A DNA stretch of 37,130 nt from a virus (taxonomy: Duplodnaviria; Caudoviricetes). The notes below the pieces were generated by a model. It ran no database searches and was not told the DNA's origin. It saw only the letters and a list, made by a program, of their open reading frames with translations. The stretch is taken from positions 1-37,130 of IMG/VR virus record IMGVR_UViG_3300020045_001508; one strand, given 5' to 3'. This document shows, piece by piece, positions 7,641 through 17,574 of this stretch. Positions within the stretch are counted from its first letter, which is position 1. Each line of letters opens with the position of its first letter. The position numbers and the translations under genes are program-made.

Positions 7641-9689
7641 ATGGCAGAACAAAAAACAATCAGTAAAGAAGTTCAACAATATATTAACCATATTTCTGCT
7701 TATGAACGCGAGTTTGCAAAGTGGGAATCAAGGGTTACTAAAATATTGAAACGTTATCGAGACGATAGCAGAACTTCTCAAGATACAGGCTCAAGATTTA
7801 ATATTCTATGGTCTAATGTGCAGACGTTAAAATCTGCCACATTTTCACGCTTGCCAAAACCTGATGTATCTCGTAGATTTAGAGACAATGACGATATTGG
7901 GCGAGTTGCTTCTTTAATCTTAGAGCGTGCATTAGATTATGAGATTACTCATTATTCAGACTACCGAGAATCACTAACATCATCTATCTATGACAGATTC
8001 TTAGGCGGTCGCGGTGTTTCATGGGTGCGCTATGAGCCTAAATTCAAACCTGCCGAGCCTAACGAATTTCAAATCAGTGAAGACGATGAGGCAGAGTATG
8101 GCGAAGAGCTGGACTATGAGTGCGCCCCTACTGACTATGTTCACTGGAAAGATTTTGGACACAATGTAGCCAGAACTTGGGAAGAAATAACGATTGTATG
8201 GCGTCGTGTTTATATGTCGCGCGAAATGTTAATTGAACGGTTTGGTGAAGAAGAAGGCAAGAAAATACCTTTAGATTCTCAACCTGATGAGATGAAAAAC
8301 GCTACTAAAGAAGGGGTTGACAAAAGAGCATGCGTTTATGAAATATGGGATAAAGGACGCGGTGTTGCTGTTTGGTTATCTAAATCACAAGGTGAGATTT
8401 TAGACAGCCAAGAAGACCCATTAGGTTTAGATGGATTTTATCCATGCCCTAAACCTTTATATGCAACAATTACAAACGAATCATTGGTTCCTATTCCTGA
8501 TTTTGCTATCTATCAAGACCAAGCGAACGCCTTAGACACACTTTCAGACAGAATTGATGGTTTAGTCAAGGCTTTGCAAGTTAAAGGCGTCTATGATGCA
8601 GGAACGCCAGAATTGGCACGTTTATTCACTGAAGCAACGAACAACGATTTAATCCCTGTTAAAAACTGGATGGCATTTGCTGAAAAACAAGGTCTAAAAG
8701 GTGCAATTGACTTAATTGACATTCAACCCATTGCTACTGCTTTGAATAACGCTTACCAAGCATTTGAGCAAGTAAAATCACAGGTTTATGACATTACTGG
8801 CATTTCAGACATTGTTAGAGGTCAATCAGTCGCTAGCGAAACGGCAACGGCTCAACAAATTAAAGGTCAATACGCTAGTTTAAGACTAAAGGCGTATCAA
8901 GATGATGTTGCTAGGTTTGCAACTAATTTGATTCAGTTAAAAGCACAGATTATCTGCAAACATTTTGACCCACAAACAATTTTAATGATTAGCGCCGCCG
9001 ACCAATTAAGTGAAGAAGACAAAGCTTTAGTGCCGCAAGCGTTAGAGATACTTAAAAACGAGCCATTACGCTCATTCAGAATTGAAATCAGCACTGATTC
9101 AATGATTAACATTGACGAAATGCAGGAAAAGCAGAATAGAGTAGAGTTTTTAGGCGCTGTGAGCAGTTATTTAGAGAAAGCAGTACAAGCATCTCAAGCA
9201 GCACCACAAATCACGCCATTGTTGCTTGATTTGTTGAAATTCGGCGTGGTAGGGTTCAAAGTTGGTAAGTCAGTTGAAGGTCAAATCGACGCAACGGCTG
9301 AAAAACTTAAAGCCGAGCTTGAAGCACCTAAAGAACCACAGCCAGACCCTGAGCAAATTAAATCTCAAGCATTGCAACAAACTGAAATGATGAAACAGCA
9401 AGCAGAAATGCAACGTCATCAAATGGAAATGCAAATGCAAGCACAGCAAAACCAAATGCAATTACAACATGAGCAAGAATTGGCATTATTCCAATCTAAA
9501 ATAGATGCGGAATCAGAACAAAGGCAATTAATGCACGACCAAGCACTAAAAGCGCAAGAATTCGCATTCAATCAGTCATTAGAACAGTTTAAAGCAGAGG
9601 TTGAATTGATTAAAGCACAAATTAGCGCACAAACCACGTTAAGCGTTGAACAGGATAAAGCTGCGGAAGGTGCTGTCAATAATGGCTAG
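7641..9689 (+). CDS. Portal protein (P22-like, Gln-rich helical barrel)
   Basis: 682 aa; FNILWSNV, ITGISDIVRG...ETATAQQIK; Gln/Met coiled-coil C-terminus; position in head module. Confidence 0.9.
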   Translation: MAEQKTISKEVQQYINHISAYEREFAKWESRVTKILKRYRDDSRTSQDTGSRFNILWSNVQTLKSATFSRLPKPDVSRRFRDNDDIGRVASLILERALDYEITHYSDYRESLTSSIYDRFLGGRGVSWVRYEPKFKPAEPNEFQISEDDEAEYGEELDYECAPTDYVHWKDFGHNVARTWEEITIVWRRVYMSREMLIERFGEEEGKKIPLDSQPDEMKNATKEGVDKRACVYEIWDKGRGVAVWLSKSQGEILDSQEDPLGLDGFYPCPKPLYATITNESLVPIPDFAIYQDQANALDTLSDRIDGLVKALQVKGVYDAGTPELARLFTEATNNDLIPVKNWMAFAEKQGLKGAIDLIDIQPIATALNNAYQAFEQVKSQVYDITGISDIVRGQSVASETATAQQIKGQYASLRLKAYQDDVARFATNLIQLKAQIICKHFDPQTILMISAADQLSEEDKALVPQALEILKNEPLRSFRIEISTDSMINIDEMQEKQNRVEFLGAVSSYLEKAVQASQAAPQITPLLLDLLKFGVVGFKVGKSVEGQIDATAEKLKAELEAPKEPQPDPEQIKSQALQQTEMMKQQAEMQRHQMEMQMQAQQNQMQLQHEQELALFQSKIDAESEQRQLMHDQALKAQEFAFNQSLEQFKAEVELIKAQISAQTTLSVEQDKAAEGAVNNG

Positions 9690-9966
9690 AGTAACTTACA
9701 TACAACTGCCAGACGGCTCATTAGTTGACAAATCTACTTATTATCAGCCAGAAATTGATGCGCCAATGATTATGGGTGATATTCAGCCATATAAATCAAT
9801 GGTGACAGGTGAAATGATTATGGGCAGGTCACAACACAAAGCCCATTTAAAGCAGCATGGTTTGTTAGAAGTGGGCAATGAAACGCAATATTTAAAAAAT
9901 GAACACAAAGAAATGCGTGACATGAAACAAGATATTGCAAGACAGGTGTATAATAGACTTAAATAA
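9682..9966 (+). CDS. Conserved phage hypothetical protein
   Basis: MARVTYIQ...DIQPYKSMVTGEMIMGRSQHKAHLKQHG; ATG at 9682 overlaps the portal end. Confidence 0.7.
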   Translation: MARVTYIQLPDGSLVDKSTYYQPEIDAPMIMGDIQPYKSMVTGEMIMGRSQHKAHLKQHGLLEVGNETQYLKNEHKEMRDMKQDIARQVYNRLK

Positions 9967-9982
9967 ATTATGGAGAAATATT

Positions 9983-10339
9983 ATGGCATTAGCTAAAGAT
10001 TTAATGGGTGTAGGGTTTAGCGCTGGACAGGCTAAAGGATTAGCAGGCGGATTTCAAACATTAGCGGCGGCTGGTACTAACCAAGCTACAGGCGGTGTGA
10101 TTCGCTCAAGTAAAGTTACCGTGACAGGTGCAACTGGCTCAAACGCTGTTGTTTTACCTGCTGCTGAACTAGGAGATTCAGTATTAGTATATTCTAGCGC
10201 TGCAACGAACGCTTTATTAGTGTTCCCTCCAGTTGGTGGTAATATTAACGCGGCTGCGGCTAATGCTTCATTTAGTGCTACAGCGCAAACACCTTTTTAT
10301 TTTACTAAAGTATCAGCTACACAATGGTTGGCTAAATAG
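9983..10339 (+). CDS. Putative capsid decoration protein
   Basis: Ala/Gly-rich beta protein; RBS and start context identical to the major capsid gene. Confidence 0.55.
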   Translation: MALAKDLMGVGFSAGQAKGLAGGFQTLAAAGTNQATGGVIRSSKVTVTGATGSNAVVLPAAELGDSVLVYSSAATNALLVFPPVGGNINAAAANASFSATAQTPFYFTKVSATQWLAK

Positions 10340-10430
10340 TTTAGAAGCCGCCTATAGGCTTAACGCGAACGCTGTGAAGCGCCGCTTTGTAATGATGTAG
10401 GCTAGTTACAAAACTGACTTGGAGTAAAAG

Positions 10431-11423
10431 ATGCAAGAAGAAAATACGCAGATTACTTTGCGCGATACAATTCAAAATGCAATTAATGAACACGCCCCAC
10501 AGGATGAAGTTCAAGAAGTTTCAACAACCCGCGACGAATTAGGCAGATTCAAGCCTAAAGAAGAAGCTGTAACTAGTAACGTTACAGATAAAGCCACAAT
10601 TGAGGCACAAACGGAAACAGTTGAAGCACCACAAGTTAAACCGCGCCCATCTTCATGGAAAAAAGACTATGAGGAACACTGGACTAAACTAGACCCTACT
10701 TTACAAGACTATATTGCACAACGTGAGAGCGACTATGCAAAAGGCGTAAGTACTTATAAACAGAATTGGGAAACAGCGGCTCCTATTTATGAGGCAATGC
10801 AACCATTTTTACCATTGTTGCAACAACATAACTTACAACCGCAACAATGGATTAGCAATTTAGGAAACGCCCATAAAGTTTTAGCGTTAGGCTCAGAGCA
10901 AGAGAAATTACAAGCCTTTGCAAAACTAGCAACCGATTATGGCGTGCCTATTCAAGCATTGACTGGTCAAGGTTACGACCCACAGCAATCTTTGCTAATG
11001 CAAGAATTGAACCAAATTAAAAACCAATTCACTGAATTTAAGACAACACAACAACAACAAGAAGAAATTAAATTAAACAGTGAAATTGAAAGCTTTAAAA
11101 CAAGCGCACCATATTTTGATGATGTACGCGAAACAATGTCTCAGCTCTTACAGAGTGGCGTTGCAAGCGATTTAAAAACGGCTTATGACAAAGCTATTCG
11201 ATTGCATGATGATGTTTGGCAGAAAACCCAAGCGGAAGCCCTACAGGCTCAAGCTAAGGCTCAAGCAGAACAGAATCATCAAAAGGTAGTACAAGCAAAA
11301 GCTAAGGCTGTATCAACTCGCTCAAGCACCCCTACAGGGTTAATGAACAGTGGTAACGGTAAAAAAGACCTCAGAAGCATTATTGCCGAACAGGTTACAC
11401 AATACGCAAATGAGCGTGTTTAA
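10431..11423 (+). CDS. Scaffolding protein
   Basis: Acidic, helical, RDELGRF motif, PSSWKK; immediately before the capsid gene. Confidence 0.8.
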   Translation: MQEENTQITLRDTIQNAINEHAPQDEVQEVSTTRDELGRFKPKEEAVTSNVTDKATIEAQTETVEAPQVKPRPSSWKKDYEEHWTKLDPTLQDYIAQRESDYAKGVSTYKQNWETAAPIYEAMQPFLPLLQQHNLQPQQWISNLGNAHKVLALGSEQEKLQAFAKLATDYGVPIQALTGQGYDPQQSLLMQELNQIKNQFTEFKTTQQQQEEIKLNSEIESFKTSAPYFDDVRETMSQLLQSGVASDLKTAYDKAIRLHDDVWQKTQAEALQAQAKAQAEQNHQKVVQAKAKAVSTRSSTPTGLMNSGNGKKDLRSIIAEQVTQYANERV

Positions 11424-11445
11424 TTTTACTTAATGGAGAAATATT

Positions 11446-12441
11446 ATGGCATTCGCAAATAGCGCCGTATCTGATATTATCACCACCACGATTCAATCTC
11501 GTAGTGGTGAGTTAGCTGACAACGTAACACAAAATAACCCATTACTTGCACGTTTAAAAAAACGCGGTAATGTTCGCCCATTCTCAGGTGGTAACGTGAT
11601 TTTAGAAGAAATCATGTACAACGATTCAACAACTAATAACACTAACTCATACAGTGGTTATGAAGTGTTGAACATTGCACCTAACAGCCCTATTTCAGCG
11701 GCTCAATTCCCAATTGCTCAGTATGCAAGTGCTGTTACAATTTCAGGTCTTGAAATGTTGCAAAATAGTGGTCCAGAGCGCGTAATTGATTTGATTGAAG
11801 GTCGTGTACGCATTGCCGAAGCTCAATTAATGAACCGTATTGATACAGACTTGTATTTGGACGGCACTGGTAATGGTGGTAAAAACTTAATCGGTTTAGC
11901 TGCCGCTGTACCTGATGCACCTACTTCTGGCACTTATGGCGGTATTGACCGTGCTACATGGTCTTTCTGGCAAACTAAGAAATATTCAGGTGTAACTGAT
12001 GGCGGCGCTGCTGTATCTGCTGCTAACATTATCCAATACATGACTTCATTGTCATTACAATTGGTTCGTGGTAGCGATAAAGCTGACTTGATTATTGCTG
12101 ACAATAACTACTACTCTCTTTATGTTAACGCATTACAAGCAATTCAACGCGTTACAAGTGAAAATGAAGCTGGTTCAGGTTTCGCTTCATTAAAATTCTA
12201 TGGCGGCGGTACTTCTGCCGATGTGGTATTGGGTGGTGGTAACGGTTCTCATGCAACGGCAAATCACATGTGGTTCTTAAATACGAATTACATTAGCTTC
12301 CGCCCACATGCTGACCGCAACTTCGTTCCTATCGGTGGCGAGCGTCAAGCAGTAAACCAAGATGCTATTGTTAAATTAATCGGCTTTGCAGGAAACTTGA
12401 CTGTATCTAATTCAAGCTTGCAAGGTGTTTTAGTTGGTTAA
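11446..12441 (+). CDS. Major capsid protein
   Basis: 331 aa; ADNVTQNNPLL, YSGYEVL, LYLDGTGNGGK...GLAA, TYGGIDR; strong GGAG RBS and biased codons. Confidence 0.88.
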   Translation: MAFANSAVSDIITTTIQSRSGELADNVTQNNPLLARLKKRGNVRPFSGGNVILEEIMYNDSTTNNTNSYSGYEVLNIAPNSPISAAQFPIAQYASAVTISGLEMLQNSGPERVIDLIEGRVRIAEAQLMNRIDTDLYLDGTGNGGKNLIGLAAAVPDAPTSGTYGGIDRATWSFWQTKKYSGVTDGGAAVSAANIIQYMTSLSLQLVRGSDKADLIIADNNYYSLYVNALQAIQRVTSENEAGSGFASLKFYGGGTSADVVLGGGNGSHATANHMWFLNTNYISFRPHADRNFVPIGGERQAVNQDAIVKLIGFAGNLTVSNSSLQGVLVG

Positions 12442-12452
12442 GGGGAAATAAA

Positions 12453-12746
12453 ATGACATTTTCAGCAACTAGTACCGTTGGTATTGATACCGACAACACA
12501 ATCTTAGGTACAGACGTAACAGCAGGTCGTGCGTTTGTTCCTTTTGCATTGGGTCAACAAACTTGGGGTAACAATGGTAAATTGTACGTGTTCGCACGCG
12601 CAAATGCTACCATTGGTGCTTCTGACGCAGATTGCTCAGTAAGTGCAACCACATTCCTTGCTACTGCTTCAGGTGGGTCTTATTTAAGCCCTGCTGTTGC
12701 AATGGCTTCAGGTGATTACGGTTGGTTTAGTAAAGCTTCTGTATAG
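12453..12746 (+). CDS. Capsid cement/decoration protein
   Basis: 97 aa after the capsid gene; PFALGQ...YVFARA...GDYGWF. Confidence 0.6.
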   Translation: MTFSATSTVGIDTDNTILGTDVTAGRAFVPFALGQQTWGNNGKLYVFARANATIGASDADCSVSATTFLATASGGSYLSPAVAMASGDYGWFSKASV

Positions 12747-12752
12747 TTTAAT

Positions 12753-12775
12753 CCTGCTCAGAAATGGGCAGGTTT
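12753..12775 (+). terminator. Rho-independent terminator after the head genes
   Basis: cctgctca-gaaa-tgggcagg followed by a short ttt. Confidence 0.6.
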
Positions 12776-12833
12776 CTAGTGTGTATTTATTAAGTATGCA
12801 CTACAAACCTCTAACTACTTAGGGAATTAAATT

Positions 12834-13421
12834 ATGGCATTAGATTCAGATACAAATAGCATTTTACCGCACGTTCGATTTTATCAGCGTGAAGTTAAAG
12901 ACGAGTTTAAAAGTAAGCAAGAAAACAGGCCTATTTATTACATGGCGGATTTTGTGCGAATTGAAATAGCAGGGAACTCTTATTCAATCATTGACACATT
13001 TGCTAACGAAGGTCACAAACAAGCATATCCTGTTCAATGGGCGCGATATGAGAATGAAAAGAAAGAATTAGGCGACGATGATATTACTGGCACCGTTTTG
13101 GGTGACTGGTCTATTTTAACAGCCGCTCAAGTACGTGAATTAAAACATTACCATTTTTACACAGTTGAGCAAGTGGCGAACGCTTCTGATGCTGCAATTG
13201 AAAAAGTCACAATGGTTGTTGGCATGAGTGGGTTCTCATTTAGAGAAAAAGCTCAAAACTATTTAAAACGCGCCAAAGATTCAAGCGTATTAGATGCTCA
13301 AAATGAAGAATTACGCAAACGTGATTTAGAGATTGAAGCATTAAAAACACAAATGAATGAATTGATGGCCGCTCAAAGTGTTAATAAACAAGGCACTTTA
13401 GGCTTACCAAAGGGTAAATAA
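12834..13421 (+). CDS. Conserved podophage protein (HhH-like motif plus coiled coil)
   Basis: WSILTAAQVRELK...YTVEQVANASD. Confidence 0.65.
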   Translation: MALDSDTNSILPHVRFYQREVKDEFKSKQENRPIYYMADFVRIEIAGNSYSIIDTFANEGHKQAYPVQWARYENEKKELGDDDITGTVLGDWSILTAAQVRELKHYHFYTVEQVANASDAAIEKVTMVVGMSGFSFREKAQNYLKRAKDSSVLDAQNEELRKRDLEIEALKTQMNELMAAQSVNKQGTLGLPKGK

Positions 13422-14329
13422 TGGCTACACTCCTTGCTTTAGTTCAACAAGCTAGCGCTGAAATGGGATTACAAGTCCCTAACTCGGTTGCTGGAAGTAC
13501 CGACTTGCAAACGCAACAAATGTATTATTTGTTAAACGCGCTCGGTTCAGATTTAAGCAGGGAGTACCCTTGGGAAGCTTTAAACAGAGTTTATCGATTT
13601 ACCACTCAATACTTAATCACAACTGGCAACGTAACAGAAAACAGCCAAATAATCACAGGTATTCCAAGCACTGCTCAGTTATCGACTAACTACATGCTTT
13701 CAGGTGTAGGAATTAATCAAGATACTTACATTCAATCAGTTGATAGCGCAACTCAAGTAACCATATCTCAAGCAGCTAGCGCAAGCGGTACAGGCGTAAC
13801 GTTAAACTTTGGTCAAACAATTTACCCTTTACCTTCTGATTTTGATAGACAGATTGATAGAACGCACTATGATAAGTCTAAGCGCTGGGAGATGCTTGGT
13901 CCAGAAACAGCGCAACAATGGGAGTTTTTAAAATCCAGTTATATTTCTACTGGCCCACGCATGCGGTACCGTTTTATCGGCGGCAAATTTCAAATATGGC
14001 CTAACATTACAACAAACGAATATTTGGGTTATGAGTACGTATCAAACGCATGGGTAAATGATGCTACAGGCACGCCTAAGGCACTTTTTACCGCTGACAC
14101 TGATACTTGCATATTCCCTGACCGTTTGCTTGTCACAGGGCTTAAAATGAAGTTTTTTGAAGTCAAAGGATTTGATACTACAGGCTTCTATCGTGACTAC
14201 TTAAGGCAGCTAGAGTTAGCTAAACCTAATGATGGCGGCTCGTTAACTTTGAGCATGTCTCCTAAAGCATCAAGTGTTTTAATTGGGTTTGAAAACATCC
14301 CTGACGGTTCTATTTATGGACAAGGCTAA
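13421..14329 (+). CDS. Head-tail adaptor / tail tubular protein A-like
   Basis: Helical N-terminus, YPLPSDFDR, FQIWP motifs; position in tail module. Confidence 0.7.
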   Translation: MATLLALVQQASAEMGLQVPNSVAGSTDLQTQQMYYLLNALGSDLSREYPWEALNRVYRFTTQYLITTGNVTENSQIITGIPSTAQLSTNYMLSGVGINQDTYIQSVDSATQVTISQAASASGTGVTLNFGQTIYPLPSDFDRQIDRTHYDKSKRWEMLGPETAQQWEFLKSSYISTGPRMRYRFIGGKFQIWPNITTNEYLGYEYVSNAWVNDATGTPKALFTADTDTCIFPDRLLVTGLKMKFFEVKGFDTTGFYRDYLRQLELAKPNDGGSLTLSMSPKASSVLIGFENIPDGSIYGQG

Positions 14330-15867
14330 TGAGAGTAGCACAAAAGGCAAATTCAAAGGCTGTTAGCTTATCTGCTCCAGTTGGAGGGTGGAATGCTAGA
14401 AACTCATTAGCTGAAATGCCTATTTCAGATGCTTCTAGTATTGTTAATATGTTCCCTTTGACTACTGAAATTCAGCTTAGAAAAGGTTATACAAGACACG
14501 CAACTGGCTTTAGTGGTCAAGTTGAAAGTTTGATGACTTATTACGGCGGCGCAACTACAAAAATGTTTGCTATTTGTGCAGGCAGTTTTTTCGACGTATC
14601 TTTAACTGGCGCCATTGGCGCGGCTGTAGTTACTGGCAAAAGTAATTCTAGATGGAATTATACAAATATTGCTACCGCTGGCGGTAATTTTTTAATGTCT
14701 GCAAATGGCGTTGACAAGCCAATGTTATACGACGGTACAACTTGGACAGCCATTGATGGTGCATCTACCCCTGCAATTACAGGTGTGACGACGACAACGC
14801 TAGAAAATCCAACGTTATTCAAAACAAGATTATTTTTTATTCAAGCTAATACATTAAAAACTTGGTATTTGCCAGTCAATTCTGTAGGCGGCGCTGCCAG
14901 TGCCGTTGATGTATCTGCGATTGCTTCGAGAGGCGGTTATATTGTTGACCATGCAACTTGGACAATTGACGCAGGGCAAGGCGTTGACGATTATTATGTG
15001 ATGGTGACAAGTCAAGGCCAAGTTATTATCTACCAAGGAACTGACCCTTCAAGTGCTAGCACATGGGCATTAAAAGGCGTTTGGGATTTAGGCAATCCAG
15101 TAGGCAGTCGATGCTTGTATAAATTAGGCGGTGACGTTCTTTATATTTCGCAAGATGGGCTTGTACCACTTAGTGGCGCTTTACAGTCATCAAGAGTTAA
15201 CCCAAGAGTAGCAATTACTGACAAGATTCAATTTTCTGTTAGCTCAGCTGTGAGTTCATACGGCAGTAACTTTGGCTGGTCATTGCTTTATTACGCACCT
15301 GAAAACATGCTTATACTAAACGTACCTATTGGTGAAGGCGGAGGGCAAGAGCAGTATGTTATGAACACAATTAGCCAATCTTGGACTCGGTTTACAGGAT
15401 GGAATGCTAATTGCTGGGCGTTATATGGCGATTCGCCTTATTTTGGCGGCAATGGTTATGTAGGCAGAGCTTGGGACGGCAACTCTGACGACGGCTCAAA
15501 CATTCAAGCAGTTTGCATCCAAGCTTTTAGTAAGTTTGGCAATGCTGGAAAGTTAAAACGTTGGACAATGGCAAAGCCTATTTTTAGAGCTAATGGCAAT
15601 CCAAGCGTAGGCATGTCCATGAATGTGGACTTTGATTTGACAAATAGCACCAACTCACTTTCATTTACGCCTAGCAGTAGCGGTTTATGGGATGTGGGGA
15701 TGTGGGATAATTCAACGTGGGGCGGTGATTTTATTATTGTGCAAAACTGGCAAACATTTTCAGGAATTGGATATTATGGCGCGCCTCAGTTGAATATTGC
15801 TAGTCAAGGCGTTGATGTTAGATGGGTAAGTACAGACATTGTGTATGAAGTAGGTGCTATTCTTTGA
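14329..15867 (+). CDS. Tail hub/nozzle (P22 gp10 / tubular B-like beta-propeller)
   Basis: 512 aa; APVGGWN start, NGVDKP.LYDG, RLFF repeats. Confidence 0.75.
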   Translation: MRVAQKANSKAVSLSAPVGGWNARNSLAEMPISDASSIVNMFPLTTEIQLRKGYTRHATGFSGQVESLMTYYGGATTKMFAICAGSFFDVSLTGAIGAAVVTGKSNSRWNYTNIATAGGNFLMSANGVDKPMLYDGTTWTAIDGASTPAITGVTTTTLENPTLFKTRLFFIQANTLKTWYLPVNSVGGAASAVDVSAIASRGGYIVDHATWTIDAGQGVDDYYVMVTSQGQVIIYQGTDPSSASTWALKGVWDLGNPVGSRCLYKLGGDVLYISQDGLVPLSGALQSSRVNPRVAITDKIQFSVSSAVSSYGSNFGWSLLYYAPENMLILNVPIGEGGGQEQYVMNTISQSWTRFTGWNANCWALYGDSPYFGGNGYVGRAWDGNSDDGSNIQAVCIQAFSKFGNAGKLKRWTMAKPIFRANGNPSVGMSMNVDFDLTNSTNSLSFTPSSSGLWDVGMWDNSTWGGDFIIVQNWQTFSGIGYYGAPQLNIASQGVDVRWVSTDIVYEVGAIL

Positions 15868-16280
15868 TTACTTACAGCTTTGATGGTGAAAAAGTTGGTA
15901 TATGGGTAACAGAAAAAGCAGGCGGCGAGTATAAGCAAGGCAATACTGCAATAGGAATTGAATATAATGGTGCTTTAATTGGTGGCGTTATGTATGATGG
16001 GTTCACAGGCGGAACAATATTTATTCATAGCCGTATTGATGAGCCTAAAAAAATAACACGCACTTTTTATTTTATGATATTTGATTATCCGTTTAACCAA
16101 TTACAAATTAAGGCGTTACGTGGTATAGTTAACATAAATAATCTATGTGCAATAAAGTTAAATGAACACATAGGTTTTACACGCGAAGCAATGTTAAGGG
16201 ATTACTTCCTAGACGGCGATGCGATTGTCTATACTATGTTTAAAGACGATTGTCGTTTTCTAAGAGGTAAGTATGCTTAA
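15864..16280 (+). CDS. GNAT-fold acetyltransferase-like virion assembly protein
   Basis: IFDYPFNQL...NLCAIKLNEHIGFTREAMLR GNAT motif; position like P22 gp14/T7 gp13. Confidence 0.75.
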   Translation: MITYSFDGEKVGIWVTEKAGGEYKQGNTAIGIEYNGALIGGVMYDGFTGGTIFIHSRIDEPKKITRTFYFMIFDYPFNQLQIKALRGIVNINNLCAIKLNEHIGFTREAMLRDYFLDGDAIVYTMFKDDCRFLRGKYA

Positions 16281-17565
16281 CATTTTCAAAATATTCTTCA
16301 ACCCTGCATGGCTTTGTGAAAATGTGTTCACATTGTATGGCGGCGGTAAATCTAAAGCCCCAGCTGCGCCTGATTACACGGCGGCAGCCAACGCTACAGC
16401 GGCAGGTAATTTAGAAGCTGCAAGAGTGGCTGCAAAGGCTAATCGTGTTAGCCAATATACGCCATACGGTAATTTAGTCTACACTCAAGGCAACGGCACA
16501 TCCGCACCACAATTTAATCAAGTTGCTTATGATAAAGCATTATCTGATTATAATTCTCAACAATCTAAACTGCAATCAAGCATTACGGGCGGTGGATATT
16601 ATGACACAGCATCAGGGAGAATTGTATATCCAACTGCATCTGCATCAAATGCGAAAGCCCCCAATAGAGATGATTACTATTTTGGCGGCGGTAGTAATGA
16701 CCCTGATGTGTGGTCTGCTACTCAAACACTTAGCCCTGATGAGCAATCAAAATTAGATAAAAATAATGCTTTATCTTTAGGTCTTTTAGACACAGCGCAA
16801 TTTGGTCTTAATGATGTCAATAAACAATTGTCTAAAGGATTTGATTTTAGCTTATTGCCAGCCCAGCAAATTAACGCTGGACAAACTGCTCAAGATGCAA
16901 TCATGGCACGTTTAAATCCACAATATGACAGAAGACAACAATCATTAGAATCGCAATTAGCTAATCAAGGCATTGCACGCGGTACTGAGGCATGGAAAGC
17001 TGGTATGACTGATTTAGATAATGCACGTAATGATGCTTATATACAAGCTGGTTTACAAGGGATTAATACAGGGAACGCGGCTAGACAACAAGCTTTGCAA
17101 GAGCAACAGTTTGGGCGCACAGATAGCTTAAACATGATTAATGCTTTGCGGACAGGCAGCCAAGTGCAGCAACCTAATTTTATCAATGCACCACAACAGC
17201 AAACAACTGCTGGCGCTGATTTATTAGGTGCTGCCAATCAGCAATATGGCGCTAATTTAGGCGCTTATAATGCACAACAAGCAGGTGCTAATAATTTCAT
17301 GGGTGGTCTTATGGGATTGGGCGGTTCTGCATTTGGCGCGGCTGGCAACGCTGGTGGATTTAGCGCTTTATTCTCTGACGAGCGCCTAAAATCAAATATT
17401 AAACGTATTGGCACTCACGACGAATTAGGCGTAGGCATTTACTCATACGATAAGTTTGGTAAACCTGAAGTAGGTGTGATGGCACAAGAATTAAAAAAAG
17501 TTAAACCTGAAGCAGTATCTACTCATGAGAGTGGCTACTTAATGGTTGATTATAGTCAATTGTAG
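16273..17565 (+). CDS. Ejection (pilot) protein with C-terminal peptidase-S74-like chaperone domain
   Basis: Leader then GGGKSKAPAAPDY; Gln/Gly-rich; C-terminal SDERLKSNIKRIG...GVMAQE...VDY. Confidence 0.75.
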   Translation: MLNIFKIFFNPAWLCENVFTLYGGGKSKAPAAPDYTAAANATAAGNLEAARVAAKANRVSQYTPYGNLVYTQGNGTSAPQFNQVAYDKALSDYNSQQSKLQSSITGGGYYDTASGRIVYPTASASNAKAPNRDDYYFGGGSNDPDVWSATQTLSPDEQSKLDKNNALSLGLLDTAQFGLNDVNKQLSKGFDFSLLPAQQINAGQTAQDAIMARLNPQYDRRQQSLESQLANQGIARGTEAWKAGMTDLDNARNDAYIQAGLQGINTGNAARQQALQEQQFGRTDSLNMINALRTGSQVQQPNFINAPQQQTTAGADLLGAANQQYGANLGAYNAQQAGANNFMGGLMGLGGSAFGAAGNAGGFSALFSDERLKSNIKRIGTHDELGVGIYSYDKFGKPEVGVMAQELKKVKPEAVSTHESGYLMVDYSQL

Positions 17566-17574
17566 AGGTAAAAA

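Noticed and set aside
9330-9600. Gln/Met-rich stretch in portal as a DNA repeat element
   Set aside because: Ordinary low-complexity coiled-coil barrel of P22-like portals.
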